64,000 nt of DNA from Lophium mytilinum (lineage: Eukaryota), in contig MU004185.1 in NCBI GenBank assembly GCA_010093605.1, positions 517,334-581,333 of the forward strand, read 5' to 3'. This document shows, piece after piece, positions 33,239 to 46,272 of the stretch (position 1 is the first letter of the stretch; every line of letters begins with the position of its first letter). The translations under genes and the position numbers were made by a program. Under the pieces are notes generated by a model. The model did no database searches and was not told the origin of the DNA. It saw only the letters and a list, made by a program, of their open reading frames with translations.

Positions 33239-35973
33239 ATGTCTGTCCACGCAGATGCGCCGCCTGCGGTGGTAAGTGATCCGTCCGGATTGGAGTATGC
33301 CACGGGACGCCAGCTCGGAAAGGGTGGCTTTGCCATCTGCCACCACGCGGAGCTGCTCGAGAAGGGCAATCGGACTGGGAACGTTATCGCGTTAAAGATT
33401 GTGAAGTCAAAGATGGAGCCTCCCAAACTGGCACAAAAGGTAAGACTGCCCATTATACAGCTTGTCGTGTTGTCAAAGCGAGGGCTCCAAGCTAATTAGT
33501 ACAGTTTGTGACTGAACTGCAAATCCACTCGAAGCTCCTACATCCCAACATCGTCGAGTTCTACCGCGCCTTTTCCTTCGAACTGAACACCTACGTGGTC
33601 CTCGAGCTCTGTGAGAATGGCTCTCTCGCCGATGCTATCAAGAAGCGGAAGTACTTTACGATGCCAGAAATTCGTCGATTCATGATACAGACCTGCGGCG
33701 CTATCAAGTACTTACACCATCGGAACATCGTCCACCGGGACTTGAAGACCGGAAACCTATTCCTAGATAAGGATATGAATGTCAAGGTTGGAGACTTTGG
33801 GCTGGCCGCACTTCTTGTCTCGAATCACGACATGCAGGCTATTCGTCGTATGACGATGTGCGGGACACCCAACTACCTTGCTCCGGAAGTGCTCGAACGA
33901 CAAGGACATGGACACAACGAGAAAGTAGACATATGGGCCATTGGTATCATGATGTGAGTGAAGTTTACTTCTGCGAAGTTACAGGCGCTAACATTCGCAG
34001 GTATACTCTTGCTGTAGGGAGGGCACCGTTCCACGCCGCCAAGAGGGAGGACATTTACAAGAAGCTGAAAGATGGAGACTACAAGTGGCCTGATCTATCG
34101 AAGTTTCCGAACGACATCTCTGCCGAGTTGCGCGAAGTCGTTTCATCATTACTTGTCCCCGAGAACGATAGGCCAACCCCGGATAAGATCGTCAGCCACG
34201 ACTTTTTCAAGATGAATTACATACCGTTGGAACTTAACAGCAAATGCACTTCTGTCGTCCCCAGATGGCCAGCAGTCCGCCCTCCATCGCCTGCGACCGT
34301 TCGACGAGGGTATACCGAAGAGTGGCACACGTTATGCAAAGCATCAGGGGTCGGAGAATACGAGCCAGGAAAAGCATTCACAGTTTTCGGTGGTCGGAAA
34401 ATCAGGTCGGTCGCCAAAGACTGCCAGAAAGAAATCGACCTCCAGAAACAGCCGAACATGCCGTTTACCAATGGTGTTGTTTACCTACCTTTTCCAGAAC
34501 GGGCGCCTTGGCCAGCGAAATCATCGGTTGTCGGCTTGAGTGAAATTGCGGAAGAGAAGGAGTCTTCTTCGGAAGGCATAGCGTTGTTAGAAACGACAGG
34601 GAATGATCGGGCGCGAGAGAGCCGTGGCGTAAGGGCTGAGGAGGTACCAACATCGAAAGAGAATGTGGAGCCTGAAGAGCCGGAGCCCGTGAGAAGACTG
34701 GCCGAAAAGCCAACTCGAATGCGCACAATGCGCAAAATCTCGAACCCGGACCGTGTCACCGCTGGCACAGCGCCTGTACGTTCCATTCGATATCCTCGAG
34801 CGGTCCAGCGGACGAAGTCTACAAGAGAGACGGCGAAGGCGAACGAGGGGCCACAGGAGGAGGTCCCGGTCAGAGCGTATCCGAAGCCGCAAGCTTCCGT
34901 GAACGAGGAGAAGCGACGACCTCAAGTCCAGGCACAGCTGGCTCAGATAATTGACTTGACAACCCCTGAGACCGAAAGCCGGATGATTCCTTTCACCGAT
35001 CCGGCTACGGTCCTTGTCCGAGTCTCCAAGTTCCGTGACAGTGTCGCAAGAGCCTTGACAAACCGGTCAAAGGCACCCGCTCGTTCAAATCCACCGCATC
35101 TCCCTTTCGTGTCGAAATGGGTGGACTACTCCCGGAAGCATGGGGTGGGATATGTGCTTGAGGAGGGTAGCATTGGCTGCCTCTTGAATGCAACACCGAA
35201 GCATCCAGTAACGCATGTTGTCGCTCGGGACGGGTATGCTTGCTTGGGCCATGTTGCGAAGGACATGAAGTCGGTAGAAAAGATACCGTTGGAGTACTAC
35301 ACTGATTGCGGCGCCAAAGGGGTACGAGTTGCTCCAGTTGAGAAGGATCGCCGAAGGACTACCAACACGATTTGGATGAAGTTCGGAAAGTACATGTGCC
35401 AGCAACTTGGAATCACTGAGGGGCGGCCGTCGATGCCATCGAGCTCAATGCAGACCTCGTTCGTGAGGTTTTACCAGCGGCTCGGCAACGTCGGCGTCTG
35501 GGGGTTTGGAGATGGATCGTTCCAGGTATGCATTCACCTTTTCTTCCGCCAAGTGCTTGCTCAATCTAACATTACTTTAGTTCAATTTTCCCGATCACAC
35601 AAAACTCGTCTTCTCGGCTGATGGCGAATACTGCCAGTTCCATTGCCTCACTCTCGACGCCACAGAGCACCTCGCCGAATATGGCCAGGTCCCATTCAAG
35701 TACATACGCAACCGCGAGATTTTGCAATGTTCGATCCATAATCTCCTCCACGGAACGGGAAGCGTACACATGTCCTACAGGAAGATCACTGAGGCGAACC
35801 TCTTGGGAAAGAAACTCGAATTCGTCGTGGCGCTTATGGACCAATGGATTGCGGGTGGTGGCATTGGTTGCGTGACAGACTTGGACAAGCTGTCATGGAC
35901 TGGACCGCAACTCGAGGATAACAAGAAGCAAGACTGGGTAACGGTTGGGCGTTATGGTGGCGATGAAAACTAA
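33239..35973 (+). CDS. CDC5: Polo-like protein kinase (Cdc5/Plo1/PlkA)
   Basis: LGKGGFA, HRDLKTGN, DFG and CGTPNYLAPE kinase motifs, plus polo boxes KWVDYS...GVGY and FQFNFPDHTK. Four exons. Confidence 0.93.
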
Positions 35974-36612
35974 GCATGACTGCATTTTTGAAGTTTCTGA
36001 TGCTCTTCTCAGCGATGGAGTCCAAGGGCCTTGAATATTCATATTGGAGTAGTGAATGGGCTTTGATGGGACCTCCATATTTTGAGAGGGGTCCGTTAAC
36101 GTAGCGATGAGATGTACACTTTCTCGATAAATTGTCCTCATGGACTTCTGATCCAACTCATAAATATCGCTTCTATCAATAGCTGTGAGCATTGGTGGAA
36201 TATTGATCGTGCTCCTTGATATTGCATCAAAGTGAAAAGAGGGCTTCTCGTAATCTTCTCATGAGCTATCAATGATGTGGAATCAACGTTGCAGCGTGAA
36301 AAGCGGACTTTGCAAAGGGTTGCGCGTCGCTGATGTCGAAGGCAATCATAATCGTGGCTGTGCTCTCAGTGGCTTTAGCATTCGTGACGAACTTAACACG
36401 CCCGCCATCCTCCGATTGCTTGCGACGACTTCCGCTCGCAACGTCTAGGAAAAGACTTTTGCGCCCTCACTTCGCCCCTCCTCATAACACAGAATCCCAT
36501 TTCCAAGAGCGCCCCTCTATCGCCGCCCTCCCCCCGCGATCCTCTACAGTACAGAACCCAAGGAACCCACCACGCGCTTTGGGTTGGAGACACTGCCTGT
36601 TGAGCCCCAACT

Positions 36613-39600
36613 ATGGTACCGTAGTCCGCCCCACGGCAGCATCCACTCTTATGCTTCAAGAACTGATCCTGAATCTTCTCTAGGCGGTTTCCAAGAGAGC
36701 CGGGCGCAAGAAGGATGCCAGCAGCTCGAAACAGTCCAACGCTGGCCCCAAAGCCCAATTCGCAAAGAAGGCCGTCTTTGAGAGCACGAAGAAGAAGGAA
36801 GTCGGGGTGTCAGATCTTACCCTGATCAGCAAGATTTCGAACGAAGCTATAAATGACAACTTGAAAAAGAGGTTCGAAAATGCGGAAATCTACGTACGTC
36901 CACCCCCGCATCAGGCAGCGCACGGGAGTTGCGCCCACGAGCTTCGTTGACGTTGTGGTAGACTTATATTGGCCATGTGCTGGTCTCGGTCAACCCTTTC
37001 CGAGATCGTATGTGACACTATCAAAACCGCATTCTTTTGCTATGCTGACATTAAATAGTGGGTATCTACACCGATGCTGTCCTCGATAGCTACAGGGGCA
37101 AGAACAGGCTGGAGGTATTCAGAAAAAGGCCATGACTCTTTTGTAATTCTGCTAACAGCTTCAGATGCCTCCCCACGTCTTCGCCATCGCCGAGGCATCC
37201 TACTACAACATGAAGGGATACAAGGAAAACCAGTGTATCATTATATCAGGAGAGTCTGGCGCGGGGAAAACTGAGGCGGCGAAGCGGATAATGCAGTACA
37301 TTGCGAACGTCTCCGGAGGCAGCAATTCTTCTATTCAGGAGATCAAGGATATGGTGCTGGCCACGAATCCTTTGCTTGAGTCGTTTGGAAACGCGAAGAC
37401 TTTGAGGAACAATAACTCCTCACGGTTCGGAAAATATCTGGAGATCCAATTCAACTCGCAGGGCGAACCAGTTGGAGCAAACATCAATAACTACTTGTTA
37501 GAAAAGACGAGGGTAGTGGGTCAGATTGTGAACGAGCGGAATTTCCACATTTTTTACCAGTTTACAAAAGCCGCTTCGGCAAACCACCGAGGTATTATAC
37601 AATTATTCCTTGCTCATACAGAAAGCTAAATCTGATCTACAGAAATTTTCGGTGTGCAGCAGCCACAATCCTACATATACACAAGTAAATCGAAGTGTTA
37701 CGATGTCCAAGGAATCGACGATCACGCGGAATTCAAGGAGACGCTGGATGCCATGAAGATAATTGGTTTATCACAGGCAGAACAGGACAATATCTTCCGA
37801 ATGCTGGCTGCCATACTTTGGCTTGGCAATGTCTCCTTCGTAGAGGACGACTCCGGTAACGCAGCAATTGCTGATAGTTCTGTTGTCGATTTTGTCGCCT
37901 ACCTCCTCGAAGTGGAGGCGGCACACGTCAACAAAGCTCTCACACTGCGAATAGTCGAGACCAGCCGAGGTGGACGGAGAGGATCTGTCTATGAAGTCCC
38001 CCTCAATCCCGCTCAAGCAACAGCCGTACGAGATGCGCTATCCAAAGCCATTTATTTCAACCTGTTCGATTGGATCGTTGAGAGAGTTAACGCGTCTCTC
38101 AAAGCTCGAGGCGTCATGGCGAATTCTGTTGGTATCCTCGATATCTACGGCTTCGAGATTTTCGAGCGGAACAGCTTTGAGCAGCTCTGCATTAACTATG
38201 TTAACGAAAAGCTTCAGCAAATCTTCATTCAATTGACTCTACGAACGGAGCAAGAAGAGTACGCTCGGGAACAGATCAAATGGACACCTATCAAATATTT
38301 CGACAACAAGGTTGTTTGCGACTTGATTGAAGAGAGACGTCCACCGGGAGTCTTCTCGGCGCTGAACGACGCCTGTGCGACTGCACATGCTGATCCTACA
38401 GCTGCCGACCAAACCTTTGTGCAGAGGCTGAACGCCCTGTCCGACAACCCAAACTTCCAGCCCCGACAAGGGCAGTTTATCATCAAGCATTACGCAGGTG
38501 ATGTGGCTTACGCCGTCGATGGTATGACTGATAAGAACAAGGACCAGCTCCTGAAAGATCTACTCAACTTGGTTGGCCAGAGCTCCAACAGCTTCGTCCA
38601 CGTGCTATTCCCGCATCAAGTCGACCAAGACAACAAACGACGACCTCCAACTGCCGGCGACAAAATCAAGCTATCTGCAAATGATCTCGTGGCGACCTTG
38701 ATGAAAGCCTCACCGTCGTATATTCGAACAATCAAGCCTAATGAAAACAAGTCAGCCTCGGAATATAACTCGCCTAACGTCCTCCATCAAATTAAGTACC
38801 TTGGCCTGCAGGAAAATGTTAGGATCCGGCGAGCAGGGTTCGCATCTAGACAAACCTTTGAGAAATTCGTCGAACGATTCTTCCTACTATCTCCGAAGAC
38901 GGGTTATGCGGGCGAGTACACATGGACCGGCGATTACCAGACTGGCACCAAGCAGATTCTCAAGGATACTAGTATCCCTGCCGAAGAATTTCAGATGGGT
39001 GTCACCAAAGTCTTCATCAAGACTCCGGAAACATTGTTCGCATTAGAAACCATGCGGGACCGTTACTGGCACAATATGGCTATCAGGATTCAACGAGCAT
39101 GGAGGAATTACCTTCGCTACAGAATCGAGTGTGCTACTCGGATCCAACGCTTCTGGAGGAGGGTCAACGGTGGTCTTGAGTTCATCCAATTCCGAGATCA
39201 GGGCCATAAAATCCTGGCTGGACGCAAAGAGAGGAGGCGATACAGTCTAGTCGGATACCGCCGATTCCTAGGCGACTATCTGGGCATTGGCAATAGAGGT
39301 GGCCCGGGAGAAGTGATAAGGAACGGCGCCAATATCAGTGGAAGCGAAGAGGTCCTCTTCTCGTGCAGGGCTGAGCTACTTGTATCCAAGCTCGGCCGAT
39401 CAAGTAAGCCGGAACCACGGATACTAATCCTTACCAAGAAAAGCGTATATATTGTCAAACAAGTCATGGTCAACCGGCAACTGTCGATACAAGCGGAGAG
39501 GGTCATCGGCTTAGGAGCGATCAAATACGTCAGTGCCTCGAATTTGAAGGATGATTGGTTTGCTCTTGGCGTTGGATCACCTCAAGAGCCGGACCCCCTG

Positions 39601-40712
39601 ATCAACTGTATCTTCAAGACCGAGTTCTTCACCCATCTGAAGACGACAACCCGTGGCTCAGTGGACATTAGGGTCGGGCCTACGTAAGTGAATGGACTAT
39701 AAGACGATGAATAGGGCTAACGATTGGCAGCATTGAATTCAACAAGAAACCTGGGAAGCTTGTCGTGGTCAAGGCCGTCAAAGATCCTGCCATACCCAGA
39801 GACGACCTATACAAGAGTGGAGCTATACACACTGCGCAAGGAGAGCCACCGAATTCCGTGTCAAAGCCCACCCCCAGGGGCAAACAGGTGGCGGGCAAGC
39901 CAATTACGAGCGGTAAGCTCTTACGGCCTGGTGGTCCTAAGGGAGGGCCTTCCAAGCTTGCCAATCGTCCAGCTCCAAGGCAGACGCAAGCTGCAACGCA
40001 GCCACAAGCTGCAGCGCAGCCAAGACCAGTACCCCAACCGGTAGCAGCGTTGTCGAATGGAGCTGCGCATAATCGCAATACATCAACGGCATCAACTGCA
40101 TCGGCGCGTCTTCCTCCCCCACCACCACCACCGCCTCCTGCGGCCGCCCCAACTCCTAAGGAACCAACGTACCGAGCTGTGTATGAGTTCGCTGGACAAT
40201 CCGAAGGCGAGCTCAGCTTGAGGAAAGATGAGATCATCTTGGTTACCCAGAAGGCGGACAATGGTGCGTATTCCTGCTCATAAGTCCCCATATTATGCCA
40301 CTGACAGAAATGAACAGGTTGGTGGTTAGCAAGTCGGATGGACAAATCAGTATCAGGATGGGCCCCGTCCGCATACCTCGAAGAATATGCGAGCAAGCCA
40401 GCTCCGCCTCCCCCACCGCCCGTTGCACCCCGCGCTGCGCCTGCGCCGCCTGCCGCGAATGGTGTATCGAGCAATGGAGGTATCAGAGGCAAGCCAACTC
40501 CACCTGCCCCGCCTGCAAAACGTCCGGCCGCAAAGAAAGCCTTGCCGACTCCAGCTCCACGGGATAGCGGCTACTCCGGGAGCGGAGCGAGCAGTAGCGA
40601 CACAGGAGCCAGAGACAGTGGTGGAAGTATTGCGGGAGGCTTGGCAGAGGCATTGAGGGCAAGGCAGGCCGCTATGCAGGGTCGCCGTCCTGCTCAGGAA
40701 GAGGAATGGTGA
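36613..40712 (+). CDS. myoA: Class I myosin (motor, IQ, TH1, Pro-rich, SH3, acidic tail)
   Basis: P-loop [27 protein letters not shown] region RRGSVYEVP, two IQ motifs, an SH3 domain and a C-terminal EEEW. Multi-exon. Confidence 0.96.
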
Positions 40713-42314
40713 ATGCGCCATGGTTGAGGTAAATTGCCGCATACAGCGGTACCTCAGAGTCCTTGCCGATTTGTACTCTTCATCTATGGGTTTTGGGATG
40801 TCGATACATGCATTTGACGTAGCGAGGCCGGCGCCACGGTAAGGAAAATCGTATCGCGGCTCGGCTTAGTGGTTTGCTATCAGATAGCGTTTCGATATTG
40901 GTTATCTTCTACTGGAAGGACGGCGACGGGCCTCACTTTACATGGGAGAATCGTTAGCGTATGGCGCAACAGGTACGGATAGATCGTCGAATTCACATAG
41001 TTGTTTCTGCTAGTCACAGGTTAAGTATGTCGCCTCGTGATTGCTCCATTATGTACCATCCCAACGAGACATTGATTTCATGGCTAGTAACTCTGCTACA
41101 GATAAACATGCGATATACTTGGAAAAAGGGATAAGTTGAAAATGGACACTTAAAGATGTGGCGGTGCGGCACAAGATTTAGTTGAGATATTTAGAAGTAA
41201 AGTTGTTATAATCAGCTTTATCTAGAATTGAGCAGCGGGTGAGCTGAATGTTGATAAATTTGCTGGACAGCCGGGATTATGGCGCTAATCCATCACTTGG
41301 TCGATAATATATGCACAGATTTTCCCCATGTCGAGTCTGCTCCGAATATATTATCAATCACGTCCAGGTCACGTTGGCATTTGCCCTGCGCTAGCTCGGT
41401 ACACAGGGCCGCAACTCCAGCTGTGGACCTTGCACGACCTCCCAATTATCCGACAGGATTCCATGAGACCACTGGACTGACCCCCGCGTCCATCCTTTCA
41501 GCGAGAGTGACTGGCGCCCGTATCATGACTTTTTGCGACTAACCTCGGACTTTGTGCCTCCGGTACCTTACCAGAACGCCATCGTCCGCATGCTGCTCAA
41601 GTTCCGGCCGAATCAACGCCCACTACGGCGTCAGAATCCTCAGTATACGACGATAAAATCAGCTAGATTGCTGCGTCCCACAGTCAGCACGCTGTGATTC
41701 ATGCTATCTTCCCATGATACCATGTGCTTGATGGCCCTCGGGACAGACCTCGTTGCAATTCGAGCGCCGGCACACCGGTTGACTTACTCTATACATCTAC
41801 GCTTCTTAGATCTAGATTGACGGAGGTCCCACGGTAGCAGGCAGCTAGCTAAATCGATACCCAGCCTCTTGTATCTCGCCGCACCATTGTCCCAACCAGT
41901 AGCGATGACCAGGTAACCTTAGACCTACCATCTGTATATCGCTTACTACTGTTACCTTGCGGCCGTATCTTCTTCTGGCGCGAACTCATGAATAGCGTTG
42001 CATGGTTCCGGTACTTACTGATTACAAACACCTTATTCTCCGCCTTAACGATTTCTTTCTGCGCCTCCGAGGCGGCCCGCTTGTCTGGCGTGGCAAGACA
42101 CGGATCGAGGCCAGATACTCCGATTGCCTGATTTAGCCATCTATACCTTGCCATGGGCGATACATACCTTGCAAGTTTTGGGCGAGAGGACCCTGGGAGA
42201 GAAAGCGTCGATATAAAGCACGCCACGCTTCATTCTGATGGTGCGTTTCTCGTGCCAGAACTGGATCTACCTTTTTCACCGCTCATCCCGAAGTGCTCTG
42301 CTTATATAAGCGAT

Positions 42315-45300
42315 ATGGCTGGGAAGAAGGTGTTTGGTACTGAGAAACCTGATGATAGGGCGAGGGAGTTGGCAAAGACCTTGTCTTTGGAGGAACAAGT
42401 ATGTTGTGCTTCGGCACCTTTCAAACATGTCACATCCTATCAAACTACTCTCCAGAGATGCTATGATTTGCCATTGTAATGGTTTCAGTCTCTTATGTGG
42501 CTCTTCTTCAGATTCTTCACGGCTCATTCAGGGTACTCTCGACAAGTCTGGAGATTGTCTAAATAGTGAAATTACCTTCCCATCCAAAACTTCCCAACCT
42601 GTACCTGTACATCATATTTTATTTCATTTCCCAGATTCTCCATAAGCTTTCTCAAGACGCTAGGCTGATATCCCAAGATTTCTCTTCTCGCCGGCGCAGA
42701 CTTCTGGAGAACCAAAGCTTTCCCAGAAAGGGGAATCCCCTCCATCAAGACCACAGACGGACCAAACGGGGCTAGAGGAGAGTTCTTCAAAGATGGCACC
42801 CCTGTAAGTTGCGACTAGTGTGGTTTAGGACATCAAAGATGCTAATCACTCCCAGGCTGCTTTGTTCCCTTGCGGTGTTTCAATGGCTGCAACATGGAAC
42901 GTAGACCTGATTGAAGAGATCGGAAGCCACCTCGCCGATGAAACCAAAGCTCGAGGTGCAGACGTTCTCCTTGCTCCCACGGTCTGCATGCATCGGTCCC
43001 CACTAGGAGGAAGGAATTTCGAATCTTTCTCCGAAGATCCGTACCTCTGCGGAAAGCTGGCCGCTTCTTACATCCATGGGCTTCAGAAGAAGGGCGTGGC
43101 GGCGACTATCAAGCATTTTGTTGGAAATGAACAAGAAACTGAGCGCAAAGCTTACGATGCTGTAATAGCGGAGAGGCCTTTGAGGGAGATCTATCTCAAA
43201 CCGTTCGAGATTGCGGTGCGAGAAAGCTCACCATGGGCCTTAATGAGCTCGTATAACCTGGTTAATGGGGTCCATGCTGATGAGAACGAGCATACTATTA
43301 AAGATATTCTGCGAGGGGAGTGGCAGTATGACGGGTAAGTCTTTTGCCTGTTGAACTCATGAAATCGGCATGAGAGCGAGCGGAAAAGAAGAGGCCTAGC
43401 GATTGGGGAAACACAGGAGACCTTTCACAAAACAGAAGGCTGACATATCTACAGACTAGTCATGTCAGACTGGACAGGGACATATGCCACGGCTCCAGCA
43501 ATCAGTGCGGGCTGCGACATCGAGATGCCCGGGCCAGCCAAATATCGAGAAATCTCAAAAGTCTTACAAGCCGTAGAGGCGGGTGAGCTATCGCGCAGCG
43601 ACATCGAGCTAGCAGCTGGGAATGTCCTCTATCTTGTGGACAGGACCAAGGGCTTAGACGGGCCGCCGGAATCACCGGAACGATCCAGGGACACGCCGGA
43701 AACTCGTCAGCTGATTCGCCAAGCGGGTGTCGAAGGGCTGACCCTGTTGAAAAACGACAATAATATTCTTCCCATCAAAGGAGCTAAGAGGATTGCTATC
43801 ATTGGCCCGAATGCGAAGCGAGCTATTGCAGGAGGTGGCGGAAGTGCGACTCTTAATCCTTACTATCTAACGACGCCATTTGACGGCATTAGCTCAGGGA
43901 CAGAAGCCAAGCTCGTCTTTGCTCAAGGGTGCGATAGTAGGAAATGGCTACCACTCGCAAACGACTACTGTCGTACCTCATCCGGAGAACCCGGCGTTAC
44001 GGTTGAGTTCTACTATGGTGATAGATTCAAAGGCGAGCCAGCGGAGATACAGAATCGACCGGGGACCGACCTATGGATGTGGGACTCAGCGCCTAAAAAG
44101 GTGCTCCCAGCTTTCTCTTTCAAGGTAAAGACTATACTCACTCCGGTAACAAGTGGCTTCCACGAGTTCAGCTTTTCTAGCGTTGGCCCAGGGCGAATGC
44201 TCTTGGACGGTGAGCTGTTCATTGACGTCTGGAATTGGACAGAGGAGGGCGAAGCCATGTTCTCAGCTTGCAAAGACGTCGTCAAGTCAATTTTTCTAGA
44301 AGAAGGGGTCCCTGTTCAGATCCTCATTGAAAGCACGAATGAAGTCCGGCCGCTGGCGAAGATGTCGATCGAGGGAAAGTCACACGAATATGGTGGATGT
44401 CGTATCGGATATAGAGAGGAAGAGCAGGTTGACCTTGAAGACGAGGCAGTGAAGGCGGCTCGCGATGCCGACGTTGCTATTGTTGTTGTAGGGCTGGATG
44501 CAGAGTGGGAGTCCGAAGGCTATGACCGACAAACCATGGATCTCCCGAAAGACGGCAGCCAGGACAGACTTATCGAAGCCGTACTGAAGGCAAACCCGAA
44601 GACCATCGTGGTCAACCAGTCGGGAACCCCGGTTACGATGCCCTGGGCCGACAAGGTTCCCGCTATACTGCAAGCCTGGTACCAAGGACAAGAAGCCGGC
44701 AACGCCTTAGCGGATGTGCTCTTTGGCATCCAAAGCCCCAGTGGGAAGCTCCCGACCACTTTCCCAAAGAGGCTCGAGGACAACCCGGCATACCACAATT
44801 GGCCGTGCGAGAACCTGGAAACAGTGTATGGCGAAGGTATCTACATCGGCTACCGGCATTACGAGAAGTCGAAGATTGAGCCCCTGTTCCCTTTTGGTCA
44901 CGGGCTTTCATACACCACTTTCGACTATGGTGCGCCGACGATCAACGCGAAAGTGCTCGCGGAGTCAGACACTCTCGTTGTCTCGATTCCAATCACTAAC
45001 AGTGGTCAAGTGGCTGCGCGTGAAATCGTGCAGGGGTATGTCAGAGACCCGAAGTCCAACCTTCCAAGACCGGAAAAGGAGCTGCAGGCTTTTGCGAAGG
45101 TATTCCTGGAGCCCGGTGGGACGAAGACGGTGGATCTGAAGCTAGATAAGTATTCTGTTGGGTACTATGACACTTCTCTGGGCCAGGCTGGAGCATGGAT
45201 TGCTGAGGAAGGGACGTTTCATGTACTGATTGGGGCGTCGTCAGCAGATATCAAGTACGTTGATGTGGTCTTTGTGACAAGTCCGGGATGAGATATGCTA

Positions 45301-45362
45301 ACTTGAATGCTAGGGCGTCGGTTTCATTCGAGGTCACGGAGTCGTTTCAGTGGATTTTCTAG
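42315..45362 (+). CDS. Intracellular GH3 beta-glucosidase with PA14-type insertion and Fn3-like C-terminus
   Basis: TDGPNGARG, GGRNFESFSEDP, KHFVGNEQE, nucleophile motif VMSDW, ESEGYDR and FPFGHGLSYTTF. No signal peptide. Confidence 0.93.
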
Positions 45363-46272
45363 ACTTTCCTTACTGCGTAATATGCTCTGATATATCCCCA
45401 ATCCCGAAAGACCGGGCAATTCGTTGAAGGTCGCCAACCAGTGCTTGGCAAAGGCGTAGTCTAACTAGTTTCTGAGTATTCTACTAGAAGCCATGGAGCT
45501 ACCCCTGTAAGGGGATTCCGTTTGTCCTGGTGTTGTCACGGCGTTGGCACCTCAATGGCCACAAAGTAATTAGTTAGATTGATGACATGCCCTACACCTC
45601 AATACAGTGTCAAATGGTCCTCACAGGTGTTATGTCTTTATTGCTAGCTTATTTCTGTTTGAGTTTCACGGCTAGCTCGATTTGGATCGATTTTCGAATG
45701 CTTTTGAGGATGGCCTTCTCCCATTGAAGCGCCCTGTGCATTATCAAGCAAGGTCTCGTAGACTTAAGTCCTAGTCTGTCATGTGATGGTAAAGTACCTT
45801 GTGATTGAAGTAAAGAATCATGCAACCTCTAAAGGGACAGGATCCGGCCAATCGATCGCCCTTCACCGGACTGGGGTCCGCGGGCGGTGGCAGAAAGCAG
45901 AATCGCGGAATTCGATCAGAGCCAGAGCGCCTCCTCTCGCCCACCTCTTCAACACCACGGCCGTTGCGCATCACCAGAACATTCACCCTCTCCTCCCTCC
46001 CGGCTACGATCGCGCGACCGCTGCGCGAAGCTATTGTTACGTTTCTGTCCAGACGCCAGCGCGTTCACGTCCGACACCTTCACGGCTCGAGCTGCCAGCC
46101 CCCGTCCCGGTGTTTAGGAGCTGTCTAATTCCATCCGACCTTCCGCGACCCGGTCGCTCACTCTTCTCGAGACCTTGATGAGCTGAGAAGCTTCCTCCAT
46201 ACTCGTCGATACAAGACATATAGATGTTTTCGTCCCCTCGCGCGTCCTGACACCAACCACCGCGGCCGCACA

